From IMG/VR virus record IMGVR_UViG_3300042892_001069: DNA of 64,000 nt; one strand, written 5' to 3'. This DNA comes from a virus (taxonomy: Duplodnaviria > Heunggongvirae > Uroviricota > Caudoviricetes). Below are positions 60,696-64,000 of the stretch, piece by piece (within the stretch, counting starts at the first letter, position 1; the number at the start of each line of letters is the position of its first letter). The notes below the pieces were generated by a model that was given only the letters and a program-made list of their open reading frames with translations, had not been told where the DNA came from and searched no databases. The position numbers were made by a program, and so were the translations under genes.

Positions 60696-63600
60696 TTAAG
60701 TTATTATACCCCACGCTCCGCCCGTCTGTTGCCAAGCACCGTCTGTAAAGATTAAAGTACAGAAGCCACCAATACTACCATAATAACTATCATCAGAATT
60801 GTCGTATACGCTGAATGGCAACAATGTGCCAACGCCTATATTACGACTATTGGCAACTAATACACTTACGTCAGTCGGAACAACACCATTTTGCGCCACT
60901 AGATACATGATCTGTCCTTCCGTACCGTTGGCCAGTGTGTAAACACCGTCTGTTAGTTTGTTAATAGTTTTAGTTAGGTCTATGGCTGTTGGCGTTTCCT
61001 GTACTACACTGCCAATCGTCCAAGTAATAGTAGTTCCACCGGGACCACCAACAAAGGTGTCAGGCATTTGGCCTATCGCATCGTCAACCGTTACATCACC
61101 GCTAGAACTAAGGCTAGTGGTTGAATTAATAACTCCGCCAGATACCACAACACTGAATGTCACTACATCTAATGTAAACGGTCCATATGTACCATTAGTC
61201 AGTCCAGTTAGCACAGAATCGTGATTTAATGTTTCCACAGGGCCATTGGTTGTTGGCAATATCACGCCAGTCTTGGCCACTGTAGATAGAGCACTACCTG
61301 GAATATACGCTGTGCTTTGTACTGTGGCGTCTGGGAATGTTAAGTTACCATCTGCACCAAACACCCAATCTTTGTTAATTCCTGAAAGGGGAGATGTTCT
61401 AACAGTCACACTTCTGCCTACTACTGCGTTGGCAAAAATACCAAACGTATTAGTTGGCCCTGTAATCAATTCATACAGCCCCGTGCCTTGAGGAAACGTC
61501 ATTATTCCGTTAGTGCCCAAAGTCCAAGTTGCCTCAGTACCAAAGCCAGCACGTAGTTTAATTTTTTGGTAGGGGCCGCCAAAGATATTTAATGCACTGT
61601 TGGCACTGTTGACTCCGTAATCAACTGACTCAACATAAGCATTACCACCAGTGTTTAGAATTATTTTGCCGCCGTTAACTTGGAGATTTCCTGGAGCAGT
61701 TAATTTACCATCTGTGCCAAATGTCCAAGTCTTGTCTCCGTATACTCCAAACGGACTTTCATTTACCACTGTAATAGTACCTGTGCCTGGAGTGAGTGTT
61801 GCGGCATTACAGGTTAACAAACTTGTATTGGCAATGGCAGTCAATGGTGTTGTGCTTGGAGTAAATGCTCCGGTGTAGACTGCTGTGTTCTTTACAATAC
61901 GTAGATTGCTAATCTTGCCAACAAAGTTATCGCCTGGCTCAGCCCCTCCTGGTATATTTCCAATAGTAACTGCTCCAGCGTTGTCGCCCATGTCTAATGG
62001 ATCTGCCGCAGTAGTTCCTACACTAACACCATTTTGATACATGGTTATAGTTGTGCCGTTCCATACCACAGCAATGTGAACCCACTGATTTAATGGTAGC
62101 GGAGTAGAACTGTTTACTGTCTTTCCGCCAATATTTGGGCCGCCACCGCTGCCCATACCAGTGTCGAATGTTACGGTTTCATTGTTTAAAATCAACTGAT
62201 AAGAAGCATAGTCGACATTCTTTGTTCCGCCTTTCTGTACGATGACGGCATTTTTAGTTGGATAGTATTCAGTCTCATATAGCCAAGCCTCAATAGTAAA
62301 CGATGTAGAGTTACCTAATCTTAAATTCGCACTGTCTGCGATTGTAATAACTTGACTACTGCTAAACTGATAGCTATAATAAGGTATGTGATTAGTTATA
62401 ACATCTAATGATGTTACAGTTTGTAAATCTCCAGGTACTGTTAACGCACCAGCTGTGTCAAACTCCCAAACGTTAGTCACAGTATCGGATGTGGTTATTT
62501 GTATGCTACCGTCAACCGTAGTACGCACATTGTGATCGTCTGTGCCCAAGAAGATACTGGTCTCGGTCAAATCACCTGTGGTCAAGTGTAGGTGATGGTC
62601 AGCATCAAAAGTGGGTGCGCTGGCATTGATCAAGCCTGATTCAACACCTACGTTCGCAGGGTCGTAGTTATCAGATTCAGGTGATACACGCACAGTAAAT
62701 TCATAGGCGTCACTGTCGATGAGAATAGTAAATTCGCCACCGGTGCCAGTTAATGCCACCGTACCAGAATTTGAATCACCTATGCCAGCATCGGTTGGAT
62801 AGATCCACCAGTATAGTGTTTGATCAGCATACGTATCTGAATAAACATAGAAAGTGAGAGTATCACCGACTTGAGCAGTATTGACGTAATAATTTATCTC
62901 TATGCCGTTGTCAGTATAAATGTAAGAGCCGCCGCCTTTGATCACCAACTTCTGGCTGGCCACTGAAGGGCTTGCTGGTGTTAGTTGAATAGTTGGATTG
63001 CTGGTAACATACCCTTCTGAGATAGTGCCACCCGCTGGTAATGTCACTGTACCAGTTGATTCTAATACCAGTTGATTGCCGTTGTTAACCAAACTGTTGT
63101 TGCTACCGGGTGCTGAATACAGTGTGCCTATTAGGAAATCACTGCTGTCAACGGTTGGTGTAACAGTGGCCACGGTTATGTTTGAAATATTGTCAGTGTC
63201 AGTCTTGCCTGCGTTGACCACTGTGATGTCGCTGGCTCCTGTGTCTAATATACCAGTAAGACTTGAGGCTTTGAAATCCCATGCGCCCACTGCGAACGGG
63301 TCGCCTGCGGCAGGCAACTGTGCTATTAGAGCACGGAAGTCACCTGGATTTGTCCCAAGGCCACCGGCAAGTGCTACATAATCTTGTTTGACCGCTAGGT
63401 TGCTTCCGCCGCCTTGACTAGACAAGAAGTCGGAACCACTGACTGAAAGCGTATCTATATTATCTAATAGTCGTTGCCATACTACTGTACCATCTAGATT
63501 ATATTTGGCCACTACACAGGAAACGTCAATAGGATCGCCGGGCCCTGGATTGGGCACAGTTGTAGTGAACAGTGAACCAGACAGATAAAGTTTATCATCA

Positions 63601-64000
63601 GGACCAACTACTATGCTGGTAGCAATTGATCCACAGTCACCCTCTACACGACGACTCCACTGTTTGACACCCGCACTGTTGAATTTAACTAGATTCATAC
63701 AAATACCGGCTGCACCAGGACCAGGACCGTCGACTTCGTATTGTCCGCAGACATAGACGTTACCCTCACTGTCAATGTCAGCATCTGCTCCAGTACTGTC
63801 ATATCCCTCGTCAAACAATATGGCCTTTTGCCACTGTATTTCTCCTGCGCTGTTGTACTTGACCACTAACATGTGGTTGTCTTCACTGCCTGCCGCAGAG
63901 GATACACTGGCCACGTTAACAACCATGTCGTCAACGCCATTAACTCCGCCAAACGAATCACCTGGCAGAGTCATAATTGTATCACCGATAGTTCTGTTAC
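60696..64000 (-). CDS. large tail fibre with beta-propeller-like repeats and LamG/concanavalin-like domain (runs off window edge)
   Basis: Frame stays open to base 64000; VVKYNSAGEIQWQK repeats; FTIEAW...WVHIAVV...YQNG...GKISNLRI LamG pattern. Confidence 0.75.
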   Translation of the reverse strand, partial: NRTIGDTIMTLPGDSFGGVNGVDDMVVNVASVSSAAGSEDNHMLVVKYNSAGEIQWQKAILFDEGYDSTGADADIDSEGNVYVCGQYEVDGPGPGAAGICMNLVKFNSAGVKQWSRRVEGDCGSIATSIVVGPDDKLYLSGSLFTTTVPNPGPGDPIDVSCVVAKYNLDGTVVWQRLLDNIDTLSVSGSDFLSSQGGGSNLAVKQDYVALAGGLGTNPGDFRALIAQLPAAGDPFAVGAWDFKASSLTGILDTGASDITVVNAGKTDTDNISNITVATVTPTVDSSDFLIGTLYSAPGSNNSLVNNGNQLVLESTGTVTLPAGGTISEGYVTSNPTIQLTPASPSVASQKLVIKGGGSYIYTDNGIEINYYVNTAQVGDTLTFYVYSDTYADQTLYWWIYPTDAGIGDSNSGTVALTGTGGEFTILIDSDAYEFTVRVSPESDNYDPANVGVESGLINASAPTFDADHHLHLTTGDLTETSIFLGTDDHNVRTTVDGSIQITTSDTVTNVWEFDTAGALTVPGDLQTVTSLDVITNHIPYYSYQFSSSQVITIADSANLRLGNSTSFTIEAWLYETEYYPTKNAVIVQKGGTKNVDYASYQLILNNETVTFDTGMGSGGGPNIGGKTVNSSTPLPLNQWVHIAVVWNGTTITMYQNGVSVGTTAADPLDMGDNAGAVTIGNIPGGAEPGDNFVGKISNLRIVKNTAVYTGAFTPSTTPLTAIANTSLLTCNAATLTPGTGTITVVNESPFGVYGDKTWTFGTDGKLTAPGNLQVNGGKIILNTGGNAYVESVDYGVNSANSALNIFGGPYQKIKLRAGFGTEATWTLGTNGIMTFPQGTGLYELITGPTNTFGIFANAVVGRSVTVRTSPLSGINKDWVFGADGNLTFPDATVQSTAYIPGSALSTVAKTGVILPTTNGPVETLNHDSVLTGLTNGTYGPFTLDVVTFSVVVSGGVINSTTSLSSSGDVTVDDAIGQMPDTFVGGPGGTTITWTIGSVVQETPTAIDLTKTINKLTDGVYTLANGTEGQIMYLVAQNGVVPTDVSVLVANSRNIGVGTLLPFSVYDNSDDSYYGSIGGFCTLIFTDGAWQQTGGAWGIIT

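Noticed and set aside
60696-64000. Diversity-generating retroelement acting on the tail fibre
   Set aside because: No reverse transcriptase in the window and no near-identical repeat pair differing only at adenines was seen.
1-64000. Stop-codon reassignment (alternative genetic code)
   Set aside because: Conserved enzymes are full length in the standard code, and TAA, TGA and TAG all end genes, many with tight stop/start overlaps.
1-64000. tRNA, rRNA or CRISPR arrays
   Set aside because: Intergenic gaps are short and are explained by promoters, terminators or small ORFs; no cloverleaf or regularly spaced repeats were recognised by eye (tRNAscan-SE would confirm).

Overview
This window is part of a large, AT-rich tailed-phage genome with T4-like/jumbo-myovirus gene content. 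It is densely coding in the standard genetic code, and I see no tRNA, CRISPR array, integrase or reverse transcriptase. Layout: (1) 1-5.4 kb (+) tail-collar and tail-fibre genes; (2) 5.5-10.8 kb (+) four soluble GT-A glycosyltransferase-like genes; (3) 10.7-18.3 kb (-) thyX, a MoxR AAA/vWA pair and an RNase H/5'-3' exonuclease; (4) 18.3-32.3 kb (-) a 7-deazaguanine locus (queE, folE, QueD-like T-fold protein, TGT/DpdA-like transglycosylase; no queC in the window) mixed with a Gpt-like PRTase, HIT hydrolase, cupin, GT-B glycosyltransferase and UDP-sugar dehydrogenase, ending in a sliding-clamp-like gene and family-B DNA polymerase; (5) 32.7-42.2 kb (-) putative internal head/ejected proteins, Dps and a 1111-aa protein fusing nucleotidyltransferase, ligase-like and HIGH-motif domains; (6) 42.9-46.5 kb (-) dnaJ-def-clpA; (7) 46.6-49.2 kb (-) lysis genes; (8) phoH (+), clamp loader, groES and a stand-alone DnaE palm fragment; (9) 54-64 kb (-) baseplate and tail fibres. 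Top leads: the QueC-less deazaguanine plus glycosyl DNA-modification locus, the three-enzyme fusion, the tail-linked glycosyltransferase cassette, the split DnaE piece, a switch-like phoH leader, and consensus sigma70 promoters built into hairpins. All functional calls come from motif recognition by eye; no database search was run.
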